Shown: positions 24,406-37,109 of the stretch, piece by piece | Numbering within the stretch: position 1 is the first letter of the stretch | Layout: each line of letters begins with the position of its first letter | Assembly (NCBI RefSeq): GCF_006345805.1 | Contig: NC_043008.1 | Span: 45,570,001 to 45,634,000 of the forward strand | Reading direction: 5' to 3' | Origin: Octopus sinensis | Lineage: Eukaryota | Length of the DNA: 64,000 bases | The notes under the pieces: model-generated | Seen by the model: the letters and a program-made list of their open reading frames with translations, nothing else | What the model was told of the DNA's origin: nothing | The model's database searches: none | Translations under genes and position numbers: made by a program

Positions 24406-26968
24406 AAACTTAGATATATTTTGACCAAGGATTGGTCCAGGCCATGTCTAACTTAATAGCACCACATGATAGGATTATCTAAATCCTGTTTAAGTCAAGT
24501 TTTGTTTGTGGTCCATTCAAGTAGTGAGTTTTTGTTGGGTGAGTTGTATCCAATTTTGGGTGGCTTATCTGGTATTCTTTGAAGGAATCTATCCAGACTC
24601 CGTTTAAAGTTGATGAGATACTTTTCCTCTTTGATCTCTTTCGAGACAATGTTAAATAGGACAGGGCCTGTTGAGGAAAAGAAATTATGTTGCAGTGTAC
24701 ATATATGCTGTGATCCTGATTTGGGCAGGGGATGTATGGCCCGTTGTCCCAGTCTTGGATGAACCTTGAAGCTAATGTTCAGGTAATTTGGTCAAAGTTG
24801 GCAGTATATTCTCCACATCGTACAAATGATGTACCGCTCACGACAGCGCTGGAGAGAGTAGAGTTTCAAGGCTTTAAGGAGGTCCCAATAATCGAGAGCA
24901 GCCATGCCTTCAATTCGTTTAGTGAGTGCCTTCTCTGGTGATTTAATTCCCGAGATGTTTTGTCTTGTATGGGGAGACCACAGTGGGCAGCAGTATTCGA
25001 GGTGTGGCCGCACAAAGGAGGAGAAAAGTGGTATGATGACACATTGTTCTCTGGACCAGAAGGTTCTTAAGATCCAGGAACTCATCCTACGAGCTATATC
25101 GACCGTATTGTTGATGTGGGCACCCCAACTGAGATTGTCATCAACAATTACGCCCAGGTCTCTGATATTGTTAGAGGCTGTGAGCGGTTCCCTTGAAGGA
25201 AGAGAGTATGGCTGTTTTAGTGTGGAATTTCTTCCAAAATGCATCAGCTCAAAGTTTCCCTCGTTCAGTTGCATTTTGTTTCTGTCTGCTCATTGACTCA
25301 CAGCATATGGATCAGACTGAGTTGAGTTCGGTGTGCTTCTTCATTGATGATTTGCTGGACCTTAGTGTCATAAGCAAATATTTTCACTTTGCAGTAATGT
25401 ACGACACTGGAAAGGTCATTTATATAAAGTATAAACAGAAGAGAGCCCAAGACAGTCCCCTGAGGGACACCGCTGGTGACTTTTGCTGGCCTTTTGTGGA
25501 ATCCATCAACTACAACATGTTGTGTTCTATTCGCCAGGAAATACTTAATCCAGTGTAGAAGCTTTCCACGGATTCCAACAGTTGCCAATTTTGAGAGTAG
25601 GATATTATGGTCAACCCTGTCGAACGCTTTACTGAAGTCAAGATATATGACATCAGAGTTCGAACCTGTTCCCAAGGCTTTAAGTATATCTTCAATGTGG
25701 TGTAAGAGCTGTGTTAGACGGTCCCTGCCACAGCGAAAGCCATGCTGATTTGCACTTTGGAGTTTGTGGGTTCTCCAGGAAGTCAGCTATCCTTGTTCTT
25801 AACACTCTTTCAAACACTTTAATGATGTGGGAGGTGAGTGAGATTGGGCGGTAGTTGACTGCAAGGGATCTGTTTCCCTGTTTGAAAACCGGGATAACAG
25901 ACTGTGATAGAAGCTGTTTCGGTATATAACCTGCGTCTAACGAATTTCTCCAGAGGTTGGTCAGATGGAGACTAGCGGGGAATCTATCAGGGCCTACTAC
26001 AGAGTAGTATTTGACCTCATTTATTGCTGCAATGATGTTAGAGGCAGTGAAGGTTATGTCTGAGATTTTATGTTTGGGCATCAACTTCGTTCGCTTCTCT
26101 TACGTCAATATCAGTGGGAAAACTAAAGACAGAGCAGTATTGTTTCTGCAGTATTTCTGCCATTTCTTCAGCATCGTCTAACGAATTTCTCCAGAGGTTG
26201 GTCAGATGGAGACTAGCGGGGAATCTATCAGGGCCTACTACAGAGTAGTATTTGACCTCATTAATTGCTGCAATGATGTTAGAGGCAGTGAAGGTTATGT
26301 CTGAGATTTTATGTTTGGGCATCAACTTCGTTCGCTTCTCTTACGTCAATATCAGTGGGAACACTAAAGACAGAGCAGTATTGTTTCTGCAGTATTTCTG
26401 CCATTTCTTTAGCATCGTGTTAGGGAATGCCGTTATCATCAATCAATGGCCAAATGGGTGAGGCAGCGGTTCTATGCTTATTTGCATAAGAATAGAACAC
26501 TTTTGGGTTCTGTTTGATGTTTTTGATTACCCACTGTTCCTCCACAGCTCTTTGATTTTCAATGGAGGTTTACATGCCAGTCTGCAGATGAAGTTTTTCC
26601 AGCTCTAGCCTTTTCATTGTTGTTGAATGTGGATGTTGTATGTGGGAATATTTTAATTGGTTGATTTTTTTATTGAATTTTTTGATGTGCCTGATGAGTG
26701 TGTTTTTCTTTTTAGGGAGCCGGTTTCTGTTTGTGTTAGTAGATTTCATAGGAGCGTGTTTAGAGCATGTATGGGTGACAATGTTCTCAAAGTGCTACCA
26801 TGCGGTCTCAATATGGGTGGAATTGAGAGTAAAAGACCAATCGATGAAAGACAGATCCTTTCCGATTGCTCCCCAGTCCACTTTGTGGAAGTTTATGTTG
26901 TCAAATGAATGCCATGGAGTGGTATTGACTGGTTTGGTTTTTATATGTCGGGAATTAAAATTGCAGAG
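24406..26968 (-). mobile_element. CR1-clade LINE, lineage A (sister subfamily), 5'-truncated and degraded, with an internal 241-bp tandem duplication
   Basis: Fragments [26 protein letters not shown] and LEYCCPLWSP. Duplicated segment 25934-26174 / 26175-26415. Confidence 0.93.
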
Positions 26969-26969
26969 T

Positions 26970-26999
26970 ACTATACATATATATATATACATATATTAT

Positions 27000-27031
<32 letters not shown>

Positions 27032-27238
27032 ATATATATATATATATGCATACATAACATAAATATATATATACATACATATATATATATATATGTATAC
27101 ATTACATAAATATATATATATATATACATACATATATGTATATATGCATACCTTACATAAATACATACATACATACATAAATACATACATACATACATAT
27201 ATATATATATACATATATATATATACATATATGTATAT
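26970..27238. repeat. (TA)n/(TACA)n microsatellite
   Basis: Directly visible. Confidence 0.98.
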
Positions 27239-28456
27239 GTGGAAATCATATCTCGACTTTGCAAAGGCCTTTGATAAAGTCGATCATGGAATGATATGTC
27301 ACAAACTGCGTGATCTTGGCATAGTTGGAAAATTGGGAGAATGGCTTCATGACTTTCTGAAGGATAGACGCAAATAGTGAGTGGTGTTCCGCAAGGCACT
27401 GTTTTGCGACCACTACTGTTCATAAGGGCCCTCTCAGACATGCCCTCAGCCATGCAGAGTGCTACGATCACAAGTTATGCAGATGATACAAAAGTTTCAC
27501 AGGCAATACAGAATGCTGAAGACACTATGACCCTGCAATGTGTGCTGGACAAAATATACAAGTGGGCTGAAAAGAATAGCATGCATTTCAATGCTGAAAA
27601 GTTTCAAGCTTTATGCTATCAGCATGCCAAACTAAATGTAATACCCAATAAATACACTGGACCAGGAGGGATTGCAATCCCAGAGGCGCAATCAGTGTGA
27701 GACCTGGGTATTTACATTAGTAATGATGCAACCTTTCATGTGTATGTTGCTAAACTGACAATGAAATGTAGACGGCTGGCTGGATGGATTCTTAGAACCT
27801 TTAGAACAATAGACCAGGAAACCATGATGGTCCTCTAGAAGACACTTGTCCTAAGCCACTTTGACTGTTGCTCTCAGCTATGGTCACCATCCAGTGTCAA
27901 GTTAATCACAGAACTTGAGGCGATCCAACGAAGCTACACGAAGAAGATAGCCTCTGTGCATCATATAAGCTACTGGGAAAGACTCAAGATATTAAAATTC
28001 TATTCCTTAGGGCGTAGGCGAGAAAGATATGCCGTAATATACATCTGGAAGACCCTAGAAGGACTTGTCCCAAACTTTGGCATCGAGAAATAGGTGTGGG
28101 TGTCACTGCATAGTGCCAAGGACTCCAAATTTGCCATCAAGATGTAGGACAAGATACTGTGATAGCTTGGGCTTCAGAGGCCCACAGCTCTTCAATATCA
28201 TCCCGAGAGGACCTGAGAGACTTGCATGGGGTGGATGAAGATGTCTTTAAAATAAAACTGGTTCTCTTCCTGTCAGGTGTCCCAGATGAATCAACTTCAT
28301 GGCAGGAGGTGCAGATTAGGGCAGCTGCATCGAACTCTCTCATGCACCAAATGGCAATTGCTAAAATGCATTCGTGTAGTAAAATCGTGTAGCAACACCA
28401 AATGGCGGTGCCCCAGCATGGTCACAGCTCGTGAGCTGAAACTAGATAAAATTAAA
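27239..28456 (+). mobile_element. CR1-clade LINE, lineage B, 5'-truncated RT and 3' end; stops present
   Basis: [29 protein letters not shown] and RRRERYAVIYIWK. Tail GGCGGTGCCCCAGCATGGTCACAGCTCGTGAGCTGAAAC, then (TA)n. Confidence 0.93.
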
Positions 28457-28489
28457 AAAAATATATATATATATGTATATATATTTGAG

Positions 28490-29005
28490 TAGTTGAATGA
28501 ATTATCTTATTAAGGATAATTCGAAAGATAACCGATACCTGGGTAGCAAATTCACATCAGAAAGAACACGGTTGAAGCTACGTCCCTAGGGTATAGACTA
28601 CGTGTCTTTATGCCGAAATTTGTATGTTTATTTTAAAATTATAAGTATATGAAAGAATTGAGTTGAACGACTAGATAACAAATATCCTTTATTCTCGACA
28701 CATGTTTCGAAGGCTGCATATTCCTAATTCCGAAGGAATAAGGAGTACATTATGCATATTTCTCATCAGGAAAATCAAGGAACTTATGTCGACATCAAAA
28801 TGCACAAAAACGTTTAGCTGACCGCTCTCAAGGAGCCCATGGCGATAATGAGTGTCTCTTTATAAGGAGTGACGTCAGAGTGGCTGAATGCAGAAGAATC
28901 TAGAAGGTTCTAAAGGTTCAAGGGTTCAAACGAAGTAGGAGGAGAGAGGCATAAGAATAGTAAGGTGAGAGAGTGCAGGTCAAAAGAATGGTGGGTTTAA
29001 ATGAT
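28490..29005 (-). mobile_element. Probable Penelope-like terminal-repeat remnant carrying a hammerhead
   Basis: Non-coding segment between TA tracts that contains the hammerhead at 28691-28775. The PLE origin is inferred from the known association of PLEs with type I hammerheads. Confidence 0.45.
28691..28775 (-). ncRNA. Type I hammerhead ribozyme candidate, canonical core
   Basis: Minus strand AUUUUC-CUGAUGA-G..(54-nt stem II)..C-GAAA-C-AUGU-GUC-GAGAAU. It has a 6-bp stem I, a G10.1-C11.1 pair and a GUC triplet, with predicted cleavage between 28697 and 28696. Confidence 0.75.
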
Positions 29006-29009
29006 TTCT

Positions 29010-29785
29010 TTTATCTATATATATACATATATATGCATATATATACATATATATTTATATATATATATATGTATACATATATATACATATATATATATAT
29101 GTATACATATATATACATATATATATATATGTATACATATATATATGTATGTATACATACATATATGTATGTACATATATATATGTATGTACATATATAT
29201 ATGAATATACATATATATATGTATATACATATATATATGTATATACATATATATATGTATATACATATATATATACATATACATATATATACATATACAT
29301 ATAAATATATATATATATGCATATATATACATATATATATACATATATATACGTATAAATATATACATATATATGCATATATGTACATATATATACACAT
29401 ATTTATATATATACATATATATATACATATATATTTATATATATACATATATATACATATATTTTTATATATATATATATATACATATATATTTATATAT
29501 ATACATATATATACTATATATTTATATACATATATATACATATATATTTATATATATACATATATATACATATATATTTTATATATACATATATATACAT
29601 ATTATTTATATATATACATATATATACATATATATTTATACATACATATATATACATATATATACATATATACATATATATATACTATATATACATATAT
29701 ATATATACATATATATACATATATACATATATATACATATATACATATATATATACATATATACATATATATATATACATATATA
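29010..29785. repeat. (TA)n/(TACA)n microsatellite
   Basis: Directly visible. Confidence 0.98.
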
Positions 29786-32207
29786 AGAGGTGAGAATGTC
29801 TTGGACCTCTGTTTCACAAGCAACCCGATGCTCATCCACAACATAATGGTAACACCAACAATTCTCTCAGACCACAACTTAGTAGAGGTAATGATATATG
29901 GTATGAGAGAGTTAGTTGAGGCCTATCCAGTCTAAACTTCCATAAGGCAAACTGGAAGAAGATCAACGAAGAGATCCGAAAACATGACTGGAGTGACTTC
30001 ATCACCACACAAGACACCAACACACATTTCCAACATTTCATGACAACAATACAGAACATATGCCATAAGTTTGTCCCGGAGAAAAAAGCCAGCGGGCATA
30101 GGAACGTTATTCCCAGAGACAGGAAAATACTTATGAGGCGAAGAGCTAAGCTCTCGAAGCAACTGAATGCACGGCAGAGAAACAATGAGTGACTCCACCT
30201 GAAACTTTTTGAAACGGAAACTGCACTCAAACTTTCCTATGAGAATGAGAGGGCAGAGAGAGAAGCCAGGGCCATAGAGAATATTAAAACAAACCCTAAA
30301 GCCTTCTTTAAATTTGCGAAAGAAACCACCTCGGTACACTGCAAGATTGGCCCACTCTTTGATAAAAAGGGCTCTCTAACTGAGGACCCCCAAGGGATAA
30401 GTGAAATACTAAAGGAACAGTATAAAAGTGTGTTCACATCCCCTCTGGGGCACATGCAAATCAAAACCCAGAAGTTTTCTTTGATGCCACAACACTCCAA
30501 AACCAAACAACCATCGACCACATAGACATAACAGAGAGGGATGTAATATCTGCCATAGAAGAAATGAGAATAAACTCAGCTGCTGGACCAGATGGATTCC
30601 CAGCAGTCCTCCTAAAAACATGCAGGCATGCCCTAGCGGGACCACTGAAGAAGCTCTTCAGTGGTTCCTTGGCTAACGGTAAACTGCCCAGGGCGCTAAA
30701 GAAGGCACCATATGCCCTATCCACAAAGGAGGGAGTAGAGCAGAGGCCAAAACTACAGGCCAGTCTCCCTGACGTCACACATAAGTAAGGTCATGGAACG
30801 AATCATCAGAAAAAAACTGATCACGTTCCTCGAAGAAACTAACCGTCTCACTGACACACAGCATGGCTTTCGCCCAGGAAGAAGCTGCCTTACGCAGCTG
30901 TTACAACACTACGACTGGGTACTGAAACAACTACTGGATCGCTCACAGGTGGATGTGGTATATCTCGACTTTGCGAAGGCCTTTGACAAAGTCGACCACG
31001 GAGTGATATGTCACAAATTACTCAGACTCGGCATAACAGGAAAAGTAGGTGAGTGGATACATGACTTCCTGAAGGACAGAAGCCAGATGGTTGCAGCCAA
31101 TGGAGCCCTCTCGGGAAAGACACCAATAGCAAGCGGGGTGCCACAGGGCACAGTCTTGGACCCTTGCTGTTTTTGGTGGCGCTCTCTGACATGCACTTGG
31201 TAGCACAAACAACATCCCTCACTAGCTATGCTGATGACACAAAGGTAGCACAGGCAATCAAAACCCAGCTGATGCTGAACTTTTACAACAAGATCTGGAT
31301 GCCATATACAAATGGGCTGAAGACAACAACATGCAATTTAATGCTGGTAACTTTCAAGCCTTACAATATCAGCTGTAAACAATATACATTACAACACAAC
31401 TATACTGTCCAGGAGGGATCGAAATCCCAGTATCGAAATCAATACGGGACCGGGGATAGACATGAGTGACGATGCATCTTTTTCTTCACACATCGCGAAG
31501 GTGGCGACAATGTGCAGACGACTCACTGGCTGGATCCTGAGGACATTCCGGACAAGAGACTGCGAGACCATGTTGACACTATGGAGGACATTTGTCCTAA
31601 GCCGCCTGGACTACTGCTCCCAACTGTGGTCACCGCATAGTGTCAAACTAACCACAGAGCTTGAGACAATCCAAAGACATTTCACCAAGAGGATCTCCAC
31701 CATGAAAGAAAAGAACTATTGGGAGAGGCTTAGGGAACTCAATTTGTACTCCTTGGAACGAAGACGAGAGAGATATGCAGTGATATACATATGGAAAATC
31801 CTGGAGGGACTAGCACCAAATTTTGGAATTGAGAGCTGTTCCAATCCCCGTACAGGACGTCACTGTGTGGTGCCAAAGGTCCCGTCTTCCACATCCAGGG
31901 TAAGGAGCAGATACTGTAATAGCCTGGGGTTCAGGGGCCCTCAGCTGTTCAACAAACTGCCAAGAAAACTAAGAGATCTACATGATGCGGATGTGGACAT
32001 TTTCAAAAAACATCTAGACAAGCTGCTTTCCGGGATCCCAGATGAACCCACTGCAAGGTACGAAGGTAACCTAAGGGCAGCAGCTACAAACTCTCTCTTA
32101 GATCAGTGGCCAGCCACGGCAAACTGGACTTAGAGAGGGTAGCAACAAGGGCGGTGCCCCAGCATGGCCTCAGCCGGATGGCTGAAACAAGTAAAAGAGT
32201 AAAAGAG
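29786..32207 (+). mobile_element. CR1-clade LINE, lineage B, 5'-truncated (end of APE, RT, 3' tail)
   Basis: [45 protein letters not shown] and LDYCSQLWSP. Tail (AGTAAAAG)x2, then (TA)n. Near-identical to 43741-45294. Confidence 0.96.
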
Positions 32208-32747
32208 ATATATACATACTTATATATACATATATATATATACATACATATATATACATATATATACATATATATATATACAATTATATACACATATATA
32301 TATATACATATATATACGTTTATATACACACATATATATACATATATATACACATATATATTTACATATATATACATTTATATACAGATATATATATATA
32401 CATATATATACATATATATATACATATATACATATATACAAATATATATACATATATACCTATATATACATATATACATATATATACATATATACATATA
32501 TATACATATATATATATATACATTTATATACATATATATACATATATATACATATATACATATATACATACATATACATATATATATACATATATACATA
32601 TATAATACATATATACATATATATATATACATACATATATACATATATATACATATATACATTATATACATATATACATATATACATATATACATATACA
32701 TATACATATATATATGCATATATATTTACATATACATATATATATAC

Positions 32748-32809
<62 letters not shown>

Positions 32810-32960
32810 TACATATATATACATATATATATACATATATACATATATATATATACATATACATATACATATACATATTATATATATATATATATATATA
32901 CATATACACATATATACATACATACATACATACATAAATACATACATGTATGTGTGTGTG
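32208..32960. repeat. (TA)n/(TACA)n microsatellite
   Basis: Directly visible. Confidence 0.98.
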
Positions 32961-32964
32961 AAAC

Positions 32965-33500
32965 TGATACCACCAAACCAAGGTTGTGTGGAATTCATTG
33001 GACATTTATGAAAAGAAATGTATTCTTATAGCTTTTCCTGGAATATTAGGGGTATCCTTTCATCAGAGAGGATATGAGAGAGCTAACTAGAGAGAAATAG
33101 ATGTGTTCAAAATAAGGACTTATTTGGAAAAGGATGGATATAGGATGTATACATGTGAATAAGAAAAGAAAAATACAATTTAAAATATATGTATGATGTA
33201 TTGTTACATACCATAGACAAGAAGCCTTTCTATCAATTCTACACAGCTCTTTTCTTGGCTAATGGTACTGCAACATCCTACATATATTTTTACTTTTAAT
33301 TTTATTCCTTTATATTTCCTATATCCACCCTTTCCCAAAATAACTTATATTGAATTCTTCTATTTACCTCTAGTCAACTTACTCATATTTTCTCTGATGA
33401 AGGGACATCTGTAATATCCCAGAAACACCGTAAGATTGCCTTTCTCTTTACAAATCTCCTTTAAATTCCACACAGCCTTGGTTTTATTGTTTCATTTCAT
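32965..33500. mobile_element. Inverted pair of Penelope-like terminal-repeat fragments, each with a degenerate hammerhead core
   Basis: The reverse complement of ~32970-33200 aligns with ~33290-33490. Cores: CTGATGA..GAAA on minus (33066-33033) and CTGATGA-A-GGGA..TCCC-A-GAAAC-ACC-GTA on plus (33394-33432). Confidence 0.65.
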
Positions 33501-34920
33501 GTAACATATACATGTTCACACAAGACCCGCATTAGGCTCCTTGCTTGTATAATTATCGAACTGAGAGTCTAACCACGACCCACCCGTGGCACTTATATAG
33601 CCATACCTGCCGTCTTGCGTCTTCTGGATACCAATACTTCTCATACATATTTAAAAATTGACGCTTCAAATCGGAGAATAAATATCATCGTGATATATAT
33701 TATATACAGTTGCTATATATATATATATCAGAACACAGAAAATTGAGAAGTACTGATGAACAACAACTCACTTACGTCAATTGTTATTTAATTCAATGCA
33801 AATAGATTGCATCCCATTTAACAGCTGTTTCTGCTTCCAATGTTGTATAGCATTGCCATTGATATGCAAAAATATGTAAAAATATTAATTCTAGTTTGGC
33901 AGAAATCCGGTCTGAAACAAGGAGCTTCACCAGAATAAATAATAAAGAACAGCATAGAGAAGAGAAAGGGAAAAGTTGAATACGATTGTGATCATTCCAT
34001 TTTGCTTGTGTGTCTCCTTGGGGCGTTAAGTAAAAGACTAAAACAAAATAGCGATTAGTGGATTAATATAAAGAAATTTAAAAGCCAAAAGTAATAGTGG
34101 GATACGCCTATAAGTTTTAGTCGGAGAAAGGATAGGGGAAGTATTTTAATTAACGACCCAAAGAGACACCCAAACAAAAAGCTTTAATTACAACAATATT
34201 TTTTCAGCAAAACAATTATTGAGATTTTGATCCTTACAAGAATTACGTCAGTTCGAGCATCACAGATATACTCTGTCTTGTTTACTTATATTAAGCCTTC
34301 CAATTCCATGCCAACTTGCAAAATATTTTCACAATAATTCTAATTACATTAAGTGACACAAAAGCGATTGGTCTAAGATGGCATATCGATGAAGTTGATA
34401 TAAGTTTGAATTCATGAGGAAGTGTAAGACCAAGAAGTAGTTATATCAGAACAATGTTCGTATAAGTGAGATCAAACCAAATGTCTTTGTCACTAGTGGA
34501 TCAATGATAGTGCGAAATACAAAACGGTTCAACATACACGGTTTGTAGAGATATTGTAAATACAGGAATTCATCGGGAGTTTTAAAATTATAAGAAATGG
34601 AACCATGGCGATGTGCCATTATGAGTGCAACACATTAAAAATGGACAATTGCAATAGTAGTTCCACAAAGAGGTAGTTACACGACAATAATATAAGATTA
34701 GTCTCTATGATACCTGCAAATTAGTAAGATCTAAAACGCGGTACCACACAGAAATGAGTAAGAAAATGGGTATACTAAATAGGAATTCAAACGAGAGGTC
34801 GGGGAGAAACTTAGGTGAGAATGGGAGGAAAATTGCAACTTTGTGATCAGGTAACATTGGCCATTTTCTTTGAAGTAATATTTGCACGTTATTTTTAATT
34901 TATGTTAACAATTTGCATTT

Positions 34921-35306
34921 AATCCATTGTGTTTGTTAAGCGAATAAAATGCCTGGAGCCCTACGTAAACAGAGTCTGCAAGTGCGTCTGTCACCTTGCT
35001 AAATTTCAGCTGACCATTTAATGCGAAACTTTACATTCTTAGATTTAAAAGTAGATAAAAAGAATTAACTTTTCGTTCATAAAGGGAAGCTTATGAACGA
35101 GAATGTTTTTTTGTGTTGTTTACACCGGTTTAGATGTAGCTACAATGTAAAAACGGGTATTATTTTTAACCATACACTTAAATATTACATTCTTATAGAT
35201 ACAGCTACCATCGAAGGCACAAGTTTTCCTAAAACTACAACTGCACTTATTCTTCGTACCAATATCTCTATTTAGTTTCTTTTAGAAATCCTTCAACTTT
35301 TGCCAT
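34921..35306 (-). mobile_element. Degraded Penelope-like GIY-YIG endonuclease
   Basis: KCSCSFRKTCAFDGSCIYKNVIFKC..FYIVAT, then (frameshift) IKWS..CRLCL, matching the PLE pattern CNCR..CPL.G.C..VIY..YIG.T..I.W.I..C.LCL. Confidence 0.65.
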
Positions 35307-35668
35307 ATAATTGTGGTATTCACAAACTAATAGATCGTTCCATTAATTTATTGATTTACTGCAAGAGTTCATAGTATCCAAGTAGCCATAAGAAACCATA
35401 CTAATGGAAATATGTTCTGCTTCTTTTGAAGCTACGGTTTTCTGTTCATTGTTTGCAATTGTAATTCCCGGAATTATAGATTTAGCTACAGCACTATGAG
35501 AAACTAGATTATCGAATAACGGGATCGCTCTATAATAACTTCTAACAGTAATGGTTGTGACCTTAGGAGTTTTTGAATATGAGAACTTTTAAGTGCAGAT
35601 ACAGGCATAATATCTCTCTCTCTCAATCTATCTATCTATTGCTCTGTCTGTCTGTCTGTCTGTCTGTC

Positions 35669-35734
<66 letters not shown>

Positions 35735-35750
35735 CATACATACATACATA

Positions 35751-36478
35751 CAAGAGGGGGTACCCAAAACTAACCGGAAATGTTCTCTGTGGGACAAGCC
35801 CGTTGTAGTTGAGGCTTCCGCCACCAGAAGCCTATTGATGCGACCCATATGGATTGGTCTGTCGACAGGCGTCGTCAATTTCAGCCGGACTGCCATATGG
35901 TACGTCTTTGTTTTCTAGTGCTTCTCTCCTGTTCGTCGACTTTTGCGATTGCTGAAACAAAGGAACAACGTGCTTCCGTGAAATTCTACTTTCTGCTGGG
36001 AAAAACGCCGACTAAAACAGTTGTCATGCTTCAAACAATTTTCAAGGACGCTGCTATGAGCGAAACACATAATTACGAATAGTTTTCAGGATTTAGGAAT
36101 GACCGCTTGTCGCTTGAAAACCAACCCCGTTTAGAGTGATCGCCGACCTCCCGAACGGAGGAAAAACATCTCGAATATTCATGCACTGATTTTAGAGGAC
36201 ACATACTTTTTGCCTCCTGGTTAAACTGTTAACCAGACAATTTACTTGGCAGGTTTGAAGCGTTTGCGAGACTTGGTGAAACGAAAACGGCCAACCTGTG
36301 GCAAAGTGGAGAGTAGTGGTTTCGTCACGACAATGTTCCTCCACACGCTGCCTTGAGTGTGGGACATTTTTGGACCAAAAATGGCATAACCCCGCTTACA
36401 CACCTTCCCTATTTATCCGATCTTGCCCCCTGCGACCTCTTTTTGGTTTCCTCGAATGAGAAAAGTCCCTAAAGGATC
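35751..36478 (+). mobile_element. Mariner (Tc1/mariner) transposon, internally deleted and 3'-truncated
   Basis: N-terminal HTH EQRASVKFYFLLGKTPTKT..., a jump at ~36200 to FLPPG*TVN, then HDNVPPH and HLPYLSDLAPCDLFL (mariner HDNAPAH and HPPYSPDLAPxD). A TIR-like start GAGGGGGTACCCAAAA follows TA-type repeats. Confidence 0.9.
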
Positions 36479-37109
36479 ATATAAGTAATACCACCAGCTT
36501 AACATTTAAATTAAGTAGTATTTATACAGAAAAAATATTACGAAGGAAAATAATAACCCGCTTAACAAGGGGAATAATACAAAATTTATTGGGATCCCTA
36601 GAACACTTTGTGAGTAATCCCTCTGCCTATTACTGTAGAACAACGAATGCTTCGAAGTTAAAATATAGCGTCATAACAGAAACTGAAATTAGATTTTATA
36701 TCAATTCTGCACGAAACCCTCCAAGTGCCACAATACTATACTTAACAAAACAGTCAATAACTATAAATTTAAGCAAAACAATATGAGTAATGGATACTGA
36801 ATTTAAACAACAATGAAGTGTTGTTGCCACAGTCTCACCATACCCTGGACAATACGTGCCTGCCTGCTTGCTTGTCCATCCAGCCATCTATCTATCTATC
36901 TTTCTATCTTCCTTTTTTTCCTGTCTGTCTGTCTGTCTGTCTGTCTGCATATACATAGGAGACTGTATGTATGTATGTATGTATGTATGTATGTATGTAT
37001 GTATGTGTGCATATATGTTTGGTTTGTACATATGTGTAGAATGCATACGGATATATACGCAACCAACATAACTGTGAATGTAAACACAACTCCAGCGACG
37101 AAGTTCTCC

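Noticed and set aside
30805-30820. Further CTGATGA/TCATCAG heptamers (also ~33748 and ~45147)
   Set aside because: No GAAA, NUH or stems at usable distance; two lie inside LINE coding sequence.
35310-35570. ~77-codon open minus-strand frame (KTPKVTTITVRSYY...)
   Set aside because: No recognisable motif or splice context; adjacent to a PLE remnant and probably chance or decayed TE.
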